Source: Alphaproteobacteria bacterium (lineage in GTDB: Bacteria > Pseudomonadota > Alphaproteobacteria > Rs-D84). Taken from it: a DNA stretch of 64,000 nt. A program made the position numbers and the translations under genes. This document shows, piece by piece, positions 27,945-35,968 of the stretch; position 1 is the first letter of the stretch, and each line of letters begins with the position of its first letter. The notes under the pieces were generated by a model. The model saw only the letters and a program-made list of their open reading frames with translations. It was not told where the DNA came from and ran no database searches. The DNA lies in assembly GCA_017471445.1 (NCBI GenBank), contig JAFUTJ010000018.1, positions 10,871 through 74,870 on the forward strand. Direction: 5' to 3'.

Positions 27945-28934
27945 CTAGTTTGGGTTGAATTCCATATAATATTCTTCTTCGTTTATTTTTGTGAATTTAA
28001 CGTATCTATTTCCAAACCGGTCCAAATCGTCCAATGTTATAGGAGCACCTAACGGCACGCCTAGTCTACGTCTAAAATATTCACCAAATTCACTATTATT
28101 ATTGGTTGTGTGTATAGCTTTATTACCATCTTGTGCCACAACACATACAAAAGGGAACCCATCTGAAGTCAACACAGAAAACGGTTGCCCACGTGGTGGG
28201 AAAAAACCACTTCTGCCTATTTCTGCTGGTATCGGTATATACGCCTGATTTGGGTTTCTGCCATCTCTCTGCCCCCAATTCAAACCGGAATGTATGTGCA
28301 TAGTTTGATTCCTTTCTGAAAACAAAGGAAGCAAGACCCAATCTTGCCATTCTACACCGGCATTTTCAACGAGCACCTGTTGTTCTTCATCTGCATTTTC
28401 TCTCACTCTTGCAACGCGTGGTCGTAGAACATCCTCTCTAACCATTTCCTCTGCTTCGTCACAAGTGCAATATAAAGACAGGGACACTTTGGAATTAAAA
28501 TATTCCAGAGCTTGAACAGGATCACATTCCGTTGCTATCTCGTCCTGTTCTTTTTTAAACGCATTTATCGTATAATTTGCAGAAGCAAGAAATGCCTTTT
28601 GTGGAATACCATTTTTTAGCCATGTATAAAGTTTTGTATGTATCGGACTTGCGTCTGATTTTATATAAGAACACACAAAGTTTGGACGATTAGCAACAAG
28701 TTTAGTAAAGTTCTTATGGTGTGTTTTAGAAATACCAGAAATTGTAGGTGTCATACCTATAATCAACTGTATTTTTAAATCTTGTTTTTCAAATCGTTCT
28801 TCAATTTCTGCTAAATTATGCACAACCATGGCAGGCGTTGAAAAACCTGACACAATTCGTAATTCATCGCAGTTCTGCGCTGGTTCAAGTAGTATTTTTT
28901 CAAACAAATCGTTTTTTAAAATAATATCTGACAT
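27945..28934 (-). CDS. type II restriction endonuclease, PLD (HxK) nuclease with B3-like DNA-binding C-domain (NgoFVII/BfiI type)
   Basis: SPIHTKLYTW...LASANYT PLD motif. C-terminal NQAYIPIPAEIGRSGFFPPRGQPFSVLTSDG. Lies 3 nt downstream of the methyltransferase gene. Confidence 0.6.
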   Translation of the reverse strand: MSDIILKNDLFEKILLEPAQNCDELRIVSGFSTPAMVVHNLAEIEERFEKQDLKIQLIIGMTPTISGISKTHHKNFTKLVANRPNFVCSYIKSDASPIHTKLYTWLKNGIPQKAFLASANYTINAFKKEQDEIATECDPVQALEYFNSKVSLSLYCTCDEAEEMVREDVLRPRVARVRENADEEQQVLVENAGVEWQDWVLLPLFSERNQTMHIHSGLNWGQRDGRNPNQAYIPIPAEIGRSGFFPPRGQPFSVLTSDGFPFVCVVAQDGNKAIHTTNNNSEFGEYFRRRLGVPLGAPITLDDLDRFGNRYVKFTKINEEEYYMEFNPN

Positions 28935-28937
28935 ACT

Positions 28938-30014
28938 TTACACTTTTGCTTCCATTGTTTCATAATCATTACCAAGAATTGTATTTAATAGTGCTTCAAA
29001 TATTATCTTCATACCCCTAGGTGGAACCGCCATACCTATTTGTTTACGAACACTTTCTTTTGACCCGACAAACATAAAATCATCTGTAAATGTTTGAATT
29101 CTTGCTCGTTCACGATTTGTTAAAGCACGGTTTTCTTTATAGTGGTATACGTGTGTGCCACCACCACCACTACCAGTAATAGTGTATGAAGGCTCATCTG
29201 CTTTCAGCCGTTTATAAATTTGACTTATTTTTGCACCTTTTACATTTAATTGAAGATGTGGTGGCAATTTTGCGGTAAAAGCATTTTCACCTTCCTTTAT
29301 ATATTTCAACCTTTCCACAACCATTGCAGATTGAGCAGTTAATTCGTTGTTTGGTGCTTTTTCTGGAATGTCTTTCAAAGCAGTTCTTACAGAAGTGTCG
29401 ATTTTTTTATACGGTTTTGTCGATGGTATTTTAAAGTTTAAATTTATATCATTGCGTATTCCAACAATAATAACTCTATGCCTTTTTTGTGGCACTCCAT
29501 ACTCTTCAAAATGGTATAAATTTGGATATATGTTATATCCACAATTTTTAAAAGCTTCTAAAATTTTATTAAAAGCTTCACCATCATTAGCATTGCGCAA
29601 GCCACTCACATTTTCAGCTATAAAAAATTTCGGTTTAAATTCTTCCAATGCTTTCACACAGTATTGATACAGTGCACCAAAAACCCCACGTAATCCTTTT
29701 TGTTCGCCAACAGTGCTGAAATCATTGCAAGGGAAACCAAAGGTCAAACAATCTATTTCACCATATTTAGAATGAATTTTCGTAAAATCCATTTTACGAA
29801 TGTCTTCACAAATTATCGCTTCTGGATTCAAATTTCTTTTATATGTTTCACACGTATCTTTATCGTAGTCCGTAGCCCAAACATGTTTAATTTTTAATCC
29901 GTCCACATCAGCAAGTTTTGCCCCCAGTCCAATACCACCAGGACCACAAAACAATTCAGCCAACCTTAAAACACCATTTAAAGCTTCTGCATTATATGTG
30001 GATGTTTTTTTCAT
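28938..30014 (-). CDS. DNA (cytosine-5)-methyltransferase
   Basis: Motifs I FCGPGG, IV GFPCNDFS, VI ENV, VIII QKRHR, IX RALTNRERARIQTF and X GMAVPP, in canonical order. Confidence 0.9.
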   Translation of the reverse strand: MKKTSTYNAEALNGVLRLAELFCGPGGIGLGAKLADVDGLKIKHVWATDYDKDTCETYKRNLNPEAIICEDIRKMDFTKIHSKYGEIDCLTFGFPCNDFSTVGEQKGLRGVFGALYQYCVKALEEFKPKFFIAENVSGLRNANDGEAFNKILEAFKNCGYNIYPNLYHFEEYGVPQKRHRVIIVGIRNDINLNFKIPSTKPYKKIDTSVRTALKDIPEKAPNNELTAQSAMVVERLKYIKEGENAFTAKLPPHLQLNVKGAKISQIYKRLKADEPSYTITGSGGGGTHVYHYKENRALTNRERARIQTFTDDFMFVGSKESVRKQIGMAVPPRGMKIIFEALLNTILGNDYETMEAKV

Positions 30015-30197
30015 ATATTCCTCTTCACTTTCGATACAACTGTAACCGATTTATAACTAATTGTAAATATCATTTTTTTGTTTACTTTTGACCGAAAACA
30101 CGGTAAATTCAAAAAGTGTCAGACAAACTGATAAAAAAGCAGGTAAAAGCGGTCAAAAGGGCTGAAAAATTGGCTAAAAAAGCTAAATGCGTTCTCC

Positions 30198-30215
30198 CCC
30201 CTTTGCTCGCACCAA
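30198..30215 (+). repeat. attR: second copy of CCCCTTTGCTCGCACCAA
   Basis: Exact 18/18 match to 27039-27056. Confidence 0.8.
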
Positions 30216-30223
30216 AAATTCTG

Positions 30224-30254
30224 CGGGGTTCAGCAATTTGAACCCCGTTTTTTT
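30224..30254 (+). terminator. probable original tRNA-Gly terminator, displaced by the island
   Basis: CGGGGTTCA-N6-TGAACCCCG followed by T7, 9 nt after attR. Confidence 0.7.
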
Positions 30255-30274
30255 ATGCATTTTTTGTTGTATTA

Positions 30275-30337
30275 AATTTCCCAGAATTTCCCTAATTTTT
30301 CCTAAGTGGCACAATTTTTTGACACAAAATTGACACA
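30275..30337 (+). repeat. two sets of helically phased direct repeats
   Basis: AATTTCCC at 30275 and 30285, and AATTTTTCC at 30294. GGCACAA at 30308, TTGACACA at 30319 and at 30330. Confidence 0.5.
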
Positions 30338-30851
30338 CATAATTACATATCAAATATAGAACCGTGGTTATTATTGCTATTTTTAGATTTATGAATAAAA
30401 TAATTCTGCCTTGAATCCAAAAGATTGCTTTCGGCGTTTCCCGGCACCGTTATATCCATAGCTTATGGTGCTGGGAGCGTTTGTAACCAATGAAAAAAAT
30501 TATATATTATTTTATATTCGTTTTTATGTTCCATACCGTTTGTTATAATGTTGTGGAAAATAGTTTTATCTGAGAATAAAGATTGTTTAGAGGGATTGTT
30601 GATAAACATAAACGGTTCTAAACGAAAGGTTTGCGAAACCAGAATGTAAAAATTGTTCCCCTATGGAAATACAAATCGTGGGTGCAATTGATAAGTTAAT
30701 GTCAGATTTACAAGGACTTGCAACAGACACAGTAAAAATAGCACTATCAAACAGTAACAGTGTTATTACCTATAAGGCCCCTGTGTTAAGGTTTATATTA
30801 TTGCATTTATTGTGATTGGTGGTTATAGTTATTGTTGTGAAAGGAGCTGCC

Positions 30852-31961
30852 ATGACTCAGATATTATCAGAAGTATATTTGGACTATTCGGATATTCTGA
30901 TCCGGCCAAAGATGGGTGTAAACCTGAATTCGCGACGCGATGTGAATTTGGCACGTACATTTAAATTCAAACACGGTCAGGTTCGGACAGGACTGGGCAT
31001 ATTTAATGCGAATATGGCAACCGTTGGCAATTTTGATGTGGCGCGTAAATTACTGGGGCGCGGTATGTTTGCAACCATTCACAAGCACTATACGGTGGAT
31101 GAAATTGGGAATTTTATTAAAAGTGCATCCGATGAAAATATATTACTGGATAATTTGTTTATAACAATTGGACTGCGCAATATAGATGCAGAAATACAAA
31201 AATTGTCGGATTTGGCCGCCAAATATGGTTGGGTAAAATCGCGCAATATTTGTATAGAGGCACCAAATTTTTATATTCCAAATGCATTGGATATATTGCA
31301 CCGGGTGCGTAATAAATTTCCAGATGCGGTTATTATGGTTGGAAATATTGCAAGTGCGGATATATGTCTAAAACTGTTGGATTGGGCAGATATTATAAAG
31401 TGTGGCATCGGTTCGGGGTCGGCGTGTTTGACACGCAAACAGACAGGATGTGGCACGCCTATGGTATCGTTAATCCTTGAATGTGCGGATGTTGCGCATT
31501 CGGTTGGTGGACATATTTGTGCCGATGGTGGAATTGTTGATGCCGGCGATATATGCAAGGCGCTGTGCTTAAATTCTGATTTTGTTATGATTGGTGGTAT
31601 GTTTGCCGGCACGGATGCGACCGCCGGCAATATTATTGAAAAACACTATGAAACGAATGAAATTGTTGATGGTAAACGTGTTATTCAAACAAAATATTTC
31701 AAACGTTATTATGGTATGTCATCAAAATATGCAAATAATAAATTTGCCGGCGGTATGTCAGATTATAAAACATCCGAAGGACGTGAACTGTTGATACCGT
31801 ATGTTGGTTCTTTGGACAAAGTATTACAGGATATTACTGGTGGAATTGCATCATGTTGCACCTATATCGGGGCAACATCGGTAAAGCATTTGTCAAAATG
31901 TGCGACAATAATTCGTGTTCATAACCAATTAAACCGCGTGTTTGAGAAATATTCTGTATAA
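30852..31961 (+). CDS. guaC: GMP reductase
   Basis: Alignable along its length to E. coli GuaC (DVLIRPK, ANMDTVG, HKHY, catalytic GSGSACLTR, YGMSS). Start at ATG 30852 after AAGGAG. Confidence 0.85.
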   Translation: MTQILSEVYLDYSDILIRPKMGVNLNSRRDVNLARTFKFKHGQVRTGLGIFNANMATVGNFDVARKLLGRGMFATIHKHYTVDEIGNFIKSASDENILLDNLFITIGLRNIDAEIQKLSDLAAKYGWVKSRNICIEAPNFYIPNALDILHRVRNKFPDAVIMVGNIASADICLKLLDWADIIKCGIGSGSACLTRKQTGCGTPMVSLILECADVAHSVGGHICADGGIVDAGDICKALCLNSDFVMIGGMFAGTDATAGNIIEKHYETNEIVDGKRVIQTKYFKRYYGMSSKYANNKFAGGMSDYKTSEGRELLIPYVGSLDKVLQDITGGIASCCTYIGATSVKHLSKCATIIRVHNQLNRVFEKYSV

Positions 31962-31967
31962 TTAACA

Positions 31968-31991
31968 ACCGCCCGATTGGGCGGTTTGATT
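31968..31991. terminator. bidirectional terminator between convergent genes
   Basis: ACCGCCC-GATT-GGGCGGT with T-rich tracts on both strands. Confidence 0.7.
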
Positions 31992-33173
31992 TTACCTTTT
32001 CTTTGGACCAAATATATTCTTTGCGATTTGTTTAATTTTACTGCGTTTTTGTTCAATATTTGGTGTTGGTTGGGGTGTCGGTTTTTCTTTCAATGAATCA
32101 TTCCAATATTTTTCAATAATTGGTTTTATATGCGAATTATGATTTAACATTTTAATCACTGTTTCACGTGATATATTTGGATTTGTCATTAATATCATTT
32201 CCATGGTACGGAACCAAGTCAATGTATCAAATTTGGTTCTGATTAATGCATCAACAACCTTTGGGGATAATCCAATAAATTTAGACGATTGGAATGATCC
32301 ATTATTAATGGTTTCTACTGCTTCTAAATATTGTTTGGTTGTACCATTTTGTTTAATCTGATGTGCCTTTTGAGGTCCCACGATAATGCAAAATTCTAAT
32401 TCTGCATCTGCATTATCAGCAAACAGTTCTAACAGTTTTAAATTAGTATAACTTCTAATTGCGAGAACTTGTACAGATTTCGGCATTGCGCCTTTTATAA
32501 AATCGCTTTCAAACTTGGTTAAATATTGTAATACACGTTTTCGTCCAGCAATATATTCCCAATCTGCCACAGACAACCCCTGTTGTTTTAATAATGCACT
32601 GACATTACGTGCGGTTTCAGAATATTCTATGGTTTCAATTTTACTTTCGATTTCGTCCAATATTAAAATTAATTCCTGATTTGTATAAGTTATATTTGGA
32701 ATATATTTAAATATACCGGCAATCTTGCTGTATTTTGCGTGTTGAATTGCGGTGGCGACAACCTTTCTGGGAAAATTTATTTTTGATGAGTATTCTCGCA
32801 AATCCAAATCATAAATAAAATGTTCCAATGTTTCATCCGACATTTTTACGCCATATTTCAGATATAAATCGGCATAACTGTCGGCAGCACTTTCACAATT
32901 TGCGTATTTATGACAATCAAAAATAACTTTTTGGATATCGGCATCAATTAATTCAGGTGATAATCCAGCACTTAGAAATGTACGCAACATTTCTAAAATT
33001 GACCAACTGTGACGGGGGCGGGGGACGCTATGCAAGCGATTGATTTCAGTATCAACCAAACGTGCATTACCAAACAGATATATCAAATCTTGTTTATCAA
33101 CCATTGATAAGTATGGATAAATAGTTGCTGGGTTATTGCAAATCTCGTGTAATATTTTTCTATTAATTGCCAT
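31992..33173 (-). CDS. hypothetical helical protein, 393 aa, Lys/Pro-rich tail
   Basis: Long AT-rich ORF. No motif recognised. Confidence 0.5.
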   Translation of the reverse strand: MAINRKILHEICNNPATIYPYLSMVDKQDLIYLFGNARLVDTEINRLHSVPRPRHSWSILEMLRTFLSAGLSPELIDADIQKVIFDCHKYANCESAADSYADLYLKYGVKMSDETLEHFIYDLDLREYSSKINFPRKVVATAIQHAKYSKIAGIFKYIPNITYTNQELILILDEIESKIETIEYSETARNVSALLKQQGLSVADWEYIAGRKRVLQYLTKFESDFIKGAMPKSVQVLAIRSYTNLKLLELFADNADAELEFCIIVGPQKAHQIKQNGTTKQYLEAVETINNGSFQSSKFIGLSPKVVDALIRTKFDTLTWFRTMEMILMTNPNISRETVIKMLNHNSHIKPIIEKYWNDSLKEKPTPQPTPNIEQKRSKIKQIAKNIFGPKKR

Positions 33174-33196
33174 ATGAGTCCCTTTTGATTTTTTTA

Positions 33197-34297
33197 TTAA
33201 AGTTTTTTCACATTGTTGTTTGTTATAAAGTTAGTTATATTTTCTTTGACTTGTTCACGCATGTGTTCGGCATATAAACAATCACCACATGTTTTTTCGT
33301 AACAGTTATAACACATTTTTGGTGGATATGCGTCCAAATGCATATCGTATGCCACACCCAGTTTTGCAAATTTTTTTATCCAACGATTAAAAGTGATATC
33401 ATAGTCCGGATGCCGGGCCAATTCATTTAACAATACGGAAAAACGTTGAATGTTGCTGACCGCGTATTTGTGGCGCATTTCTGAATTATTCGTAATATTA
33501 GACAGTGTATTTTCATGCCGATTATAAAAATATGTTGCATCTTTGACTGTCGCAACCTTATCGGCATAGATTACCGCCAACATACAGAATAAAATATCTT
33601 CGTCCAGTTGCATGTTTGGTATAAATCGCAGGCTATGTTTATTCAGCATACTGCGCCTGTACAATGCGAAATTGGCATTTTCGCGAACATCTGCGTGTTG
33701 TAAAATTGCATCTTTATTATCAGGGCGTGAATCATATACATAATCCGACGCATATGTATGACCGCGTCCATACATACCCGCATTATTAACCGTTATTTTA
33801 CCCGCAAAGACAACATCTGCCGATACTTTGTTTGCAATATCTAGCATATTTATGAAATATTTATCGTCAAAACATCGTGCATTAAATTTTGGTATACCAC
33901 GTTCATTACATGCTATACGCATATTATTCAGTGAATTATGATAATTCGCCCCATTAAAATATGCATCAAATCCAGACACATTTAATCCAACCATATCATC
34001 ACAGTCAACAAATGTCACATATTCCCCAGACGATGCCGCAATACCGTTGTTACGCGCAACCGATACACCGGCATTTTGTTGGTCTATAATATATATGTTG
34101 TTATATTTTTGTGCGAATTTATTCAATATCTGTGCCGTATTGTCGGTTGAACCATCATTAACAACCACGATTTCATATTGTGGCGCATTTTGTTGACGCA
34201 AAATACTGCCCAGACAGCGTTTAATATACCGCCCGCCATTATACACAGGAATAATAATTGACAAATCTGTTCTCATCATGTTGACAAATATAGACAA
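33197..34297 (-). CDS. family 2 glycosyltransferase
   Basis: LSIIIPVYNGGRYIKRCLGSILRQQNAPQYEIVVVNDGSTDNT and the DCDD (DxD) motif. Confidence 0.75.
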   Translation of the reverse strand: MSIFVNMMRTDLSIIIPVYNGGRYIKRCLGSILRQQNAPQYEIVVVNDGSTDNTAQILNKFAQKYNNIYIIDQQNAGVSVARNNGIAASSGEYVTFVDCDDMVGLNVSGFDAYFNGANYHNSLNNMRIACNERGIPKFNARCFDDKYFINMLDIANKVSADVVFAGKITVNNAGMYGRGHTYASDYVYDSRPDNKDAILQHADVRENANFALYRRSMLNKHSLRFIPNMQLDEDILFCMLAVIYADKVATVKDATYFYNRHENTLSNITNNSEMRHKYAVSNIQRFSVLLNELARHPDYDITFNRWIKKFAKLGVAYDMHLDAYPPKMCYNCYEKTCGDCLYAEHMREQVKENITNFITNNNVKKL

Positions 34298-34433
34298 AAA
34301 ATTGTAAAAAACAATTATTTCTTTACATTTAATTACATTTTGTTAATAATCAGGTCTGTTAACCACACCCATTAGGGCGAAGATATGAAATTAATAAAAA
34401 AATTTTTACGTTAACGGGTGCGACCAGAATTCG

Positions 34434-34463
34434 AACGGACGCACCTGAACTGCGTCCGTTTTT
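34434..34463 (+). terminator. terminator-like hairpin in the lysS leader
   Basis: AACGGACGC-N9-GCGTCCGTT followed by TTT, ending 30 nt before the lysS ATG. An alternative 8-bp helix pairs 34415-34422 with 34440-34447. Confidence 0.5.
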
Positions 34464-34492
34464 AATAACATGCAACACAAGGGAAAACCAAA

Positions 34493-35962
34493 ATGGCGGA
34501 AAATAACAATACAATATCAACCAACGAATTACAGGCCCGCATGCAAAAGGCGGAAAATATTCGCGCGCGCGACGGTGTTGTATGGAAAGATAAATATGAA
34601 CGCACGCATAAAATTGTTGATGCACGCAACTTGGCCGATGGCACGCATGTACGCCTGTGCGGGCGCGTTACGGCGTTGCGGTGGCTGGGGAAATTAATGT
34701 TTGGGCGTATCTATGATATCGAAGGCGAAATTCAATTTTCCATGTCCCGCGAAGAACTGGGCGAAGAGCAATATAAATTTATGAAAGCAAATGTTGATTT
34801 GGGGGATTTTATTGGAATTGACGGCGAATTATATCACACAACCGCAGGCGAATTAACGGTACGCGTTACAAAATATGATATTCTGGCCAAGGCACTGCGC
34901 CCGTTGCCAGAAAAGTTTCATGGTCTGACCGATACGGAAACACGTTATCGCCAGCGTTACCTGGACGTTATTTCCAATCCGGAATCGCGTAATGTTTTGT
35001 TGGGCCGGTTCAAGATGACGCAATACTGGCGCGATTTTATGAATAAAAATGGATTTTTGGAAATTGAAACACCAATTCTGCAAAACGTTGCATCTGGTGC
35101 GGCGGCCCGACCATTTACAACACACCACAACACACTGGATTTAGATTTTCAATTACGCATTTCGCCGGAATTATTCTTGAAAATGGCAATTGGGGCCGGT
35201 TTTGACCGTGTATACGAAGTGGCCAAAGATTTTCGTAACGAAGGCATGGATGCAATGCACCTGCAAGAATTTACAATGGTTGAATGGTACGCGGCATATT
35301 GGGACTTTCACAAAAACATTAAATTCACATGGGATTTAATTCAAGAACTGCTAATGAAATGTCGCGGCACATTACAAATTGAATACCAGGGCACAAACTT
35401 GGACTTTTCATCATACGAAATGGTGGATTACACCGCGAAGATGAATGAACTGTTTGGGTGCAATATTTTGGACTTTGACGATGTTAACGTATTGCGTCAA
35501 AAATTGGTTGATGACGGTATGTTCCCAATGTCAGAAATTGCCGATTTAATGTCAATTCCGGCGTTGGTGGATTATGTGTACAAACGCAAAATCCGCGGCG
35601 ACATTGTAAAGCCAACATTCCTGTATAATTACCCGGCATATATGGTGCCATTGGCACGTCGCAATAATGACGACGTACGCCGCATTGATATGTATCAATT
35701 GCTGGTGTGTGGCGCAGAAATATGCAAGGGCTATTCCGAATTGGTCAACCCAATTCAACAGTTGGCGGCGTTTGAAGAACAGGCGAAAAACATTGCCGGT
35801 GGCGATGAAGAGGCATTTAATCCCGACAACGACTTTGTGCGTGCAATGGAACACGGTTTCCCGCCGATTTCTGGCGTGGGCGTTGGTGTAGACCGTCTGG
35901 CCAGTATTATATTTGACCAACCAACATTGCGCGATGTAATATTGTTTCCAATGATGAAATAA
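34493..35962 (+). CDS. lysS: lysine--tRNA ligase, class II
   Basis: 489 aa with N-terminal OB anticodon-binding domain and class II core motifs (FLEIETPIL, YEVAKDFRNEG, GVGVGVDRL). Confidence 0.9.
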   Translation: MAENNNTISTNELQARMQKAENIRARDGVVWKDKYERTHKIVDARNLADGTHVRLCGRVTALRWLGKLMFGRIYDIEGEIQFSMSREELGEEQYKFMKANVDLGDFIGIDGELYHTTAGELTVRVTKYDILAKALRPLPEKFHGLTDTETRYRQRYLDVISNPESRNVLLGRFKMTQYWRDFMNKNGFLEIETPILQNVASGAAARPFTTHHNTLDLDFQLRISPELFLKMAIGAGFDRVYEVAKDFRNEGMDAMHLQEFTMVEWYAAYWDFHKNIKFTWDLIQELLMKCRGTLQIEYQGTNLDFSSYEMVDYTAKMNELFGCNILDFDDVNVLRQKLVDDGMFPMSEIADLMSIPALVDYVYKRKIRGDIVKPTFLYNYPAYMVPLARRNNDDVRRIDMYQLLVCGAEICKGYSELVNPIQQLAAFEEQAKNIAGGDEEAFNPDNDFVRAMEHGFPPISGVGVGVDRLASIIFDQPTLRDVILFPMMK

Positions 35963-35968
35963 CATGCA

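Larger units (their letters stand above)
27039..30215. mobile_element. 3.2-kb decayed integrative island in tRNA-Gly carrying a type II R-M system
   Basis: Bounded by 18-bp direct repeats. Integrase remnant sits next to attL. Visibly more AT-rich than the flanks. Confidence 0.75.

Noticed and set aside
30664-30816. 50-codon ORF (MEIQIVGAIDKLMSDLQGLATDTVKIALSNSNSVITYKAPVLRFILLHLL) just upstream of guaC
   Set aside because: No SD and no recognisable family. It ends against the guaC RBS. Could be a phage-gene fragment but is unsupported.
30541-30851. Possible purine, PRPP or xanthine riboswitch upstream of guaC
   Set aside because: I could not find the purine-riboswitch core (UAUAAU..GAUAUGG..GUUUCUACC..CCGUAAAU..CGACUAUG) or any other known consensus. 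Only short hairpins are present.
34411-34440. tRNA 3'-end-like string on the minus strand (GTTCGAATTCTGGTCGCACCC), considered as a third att copy or tRNA fragment; also T-box-like GGGTGCGACC on the plus strand
   Set aside because: The T-stem does not pair. Its orientation is opposite to the att repeats, and it shares little beyond TTCGA and CGCACC with tRNA-Gly. There is no specifier-loop architecture for a T-box.
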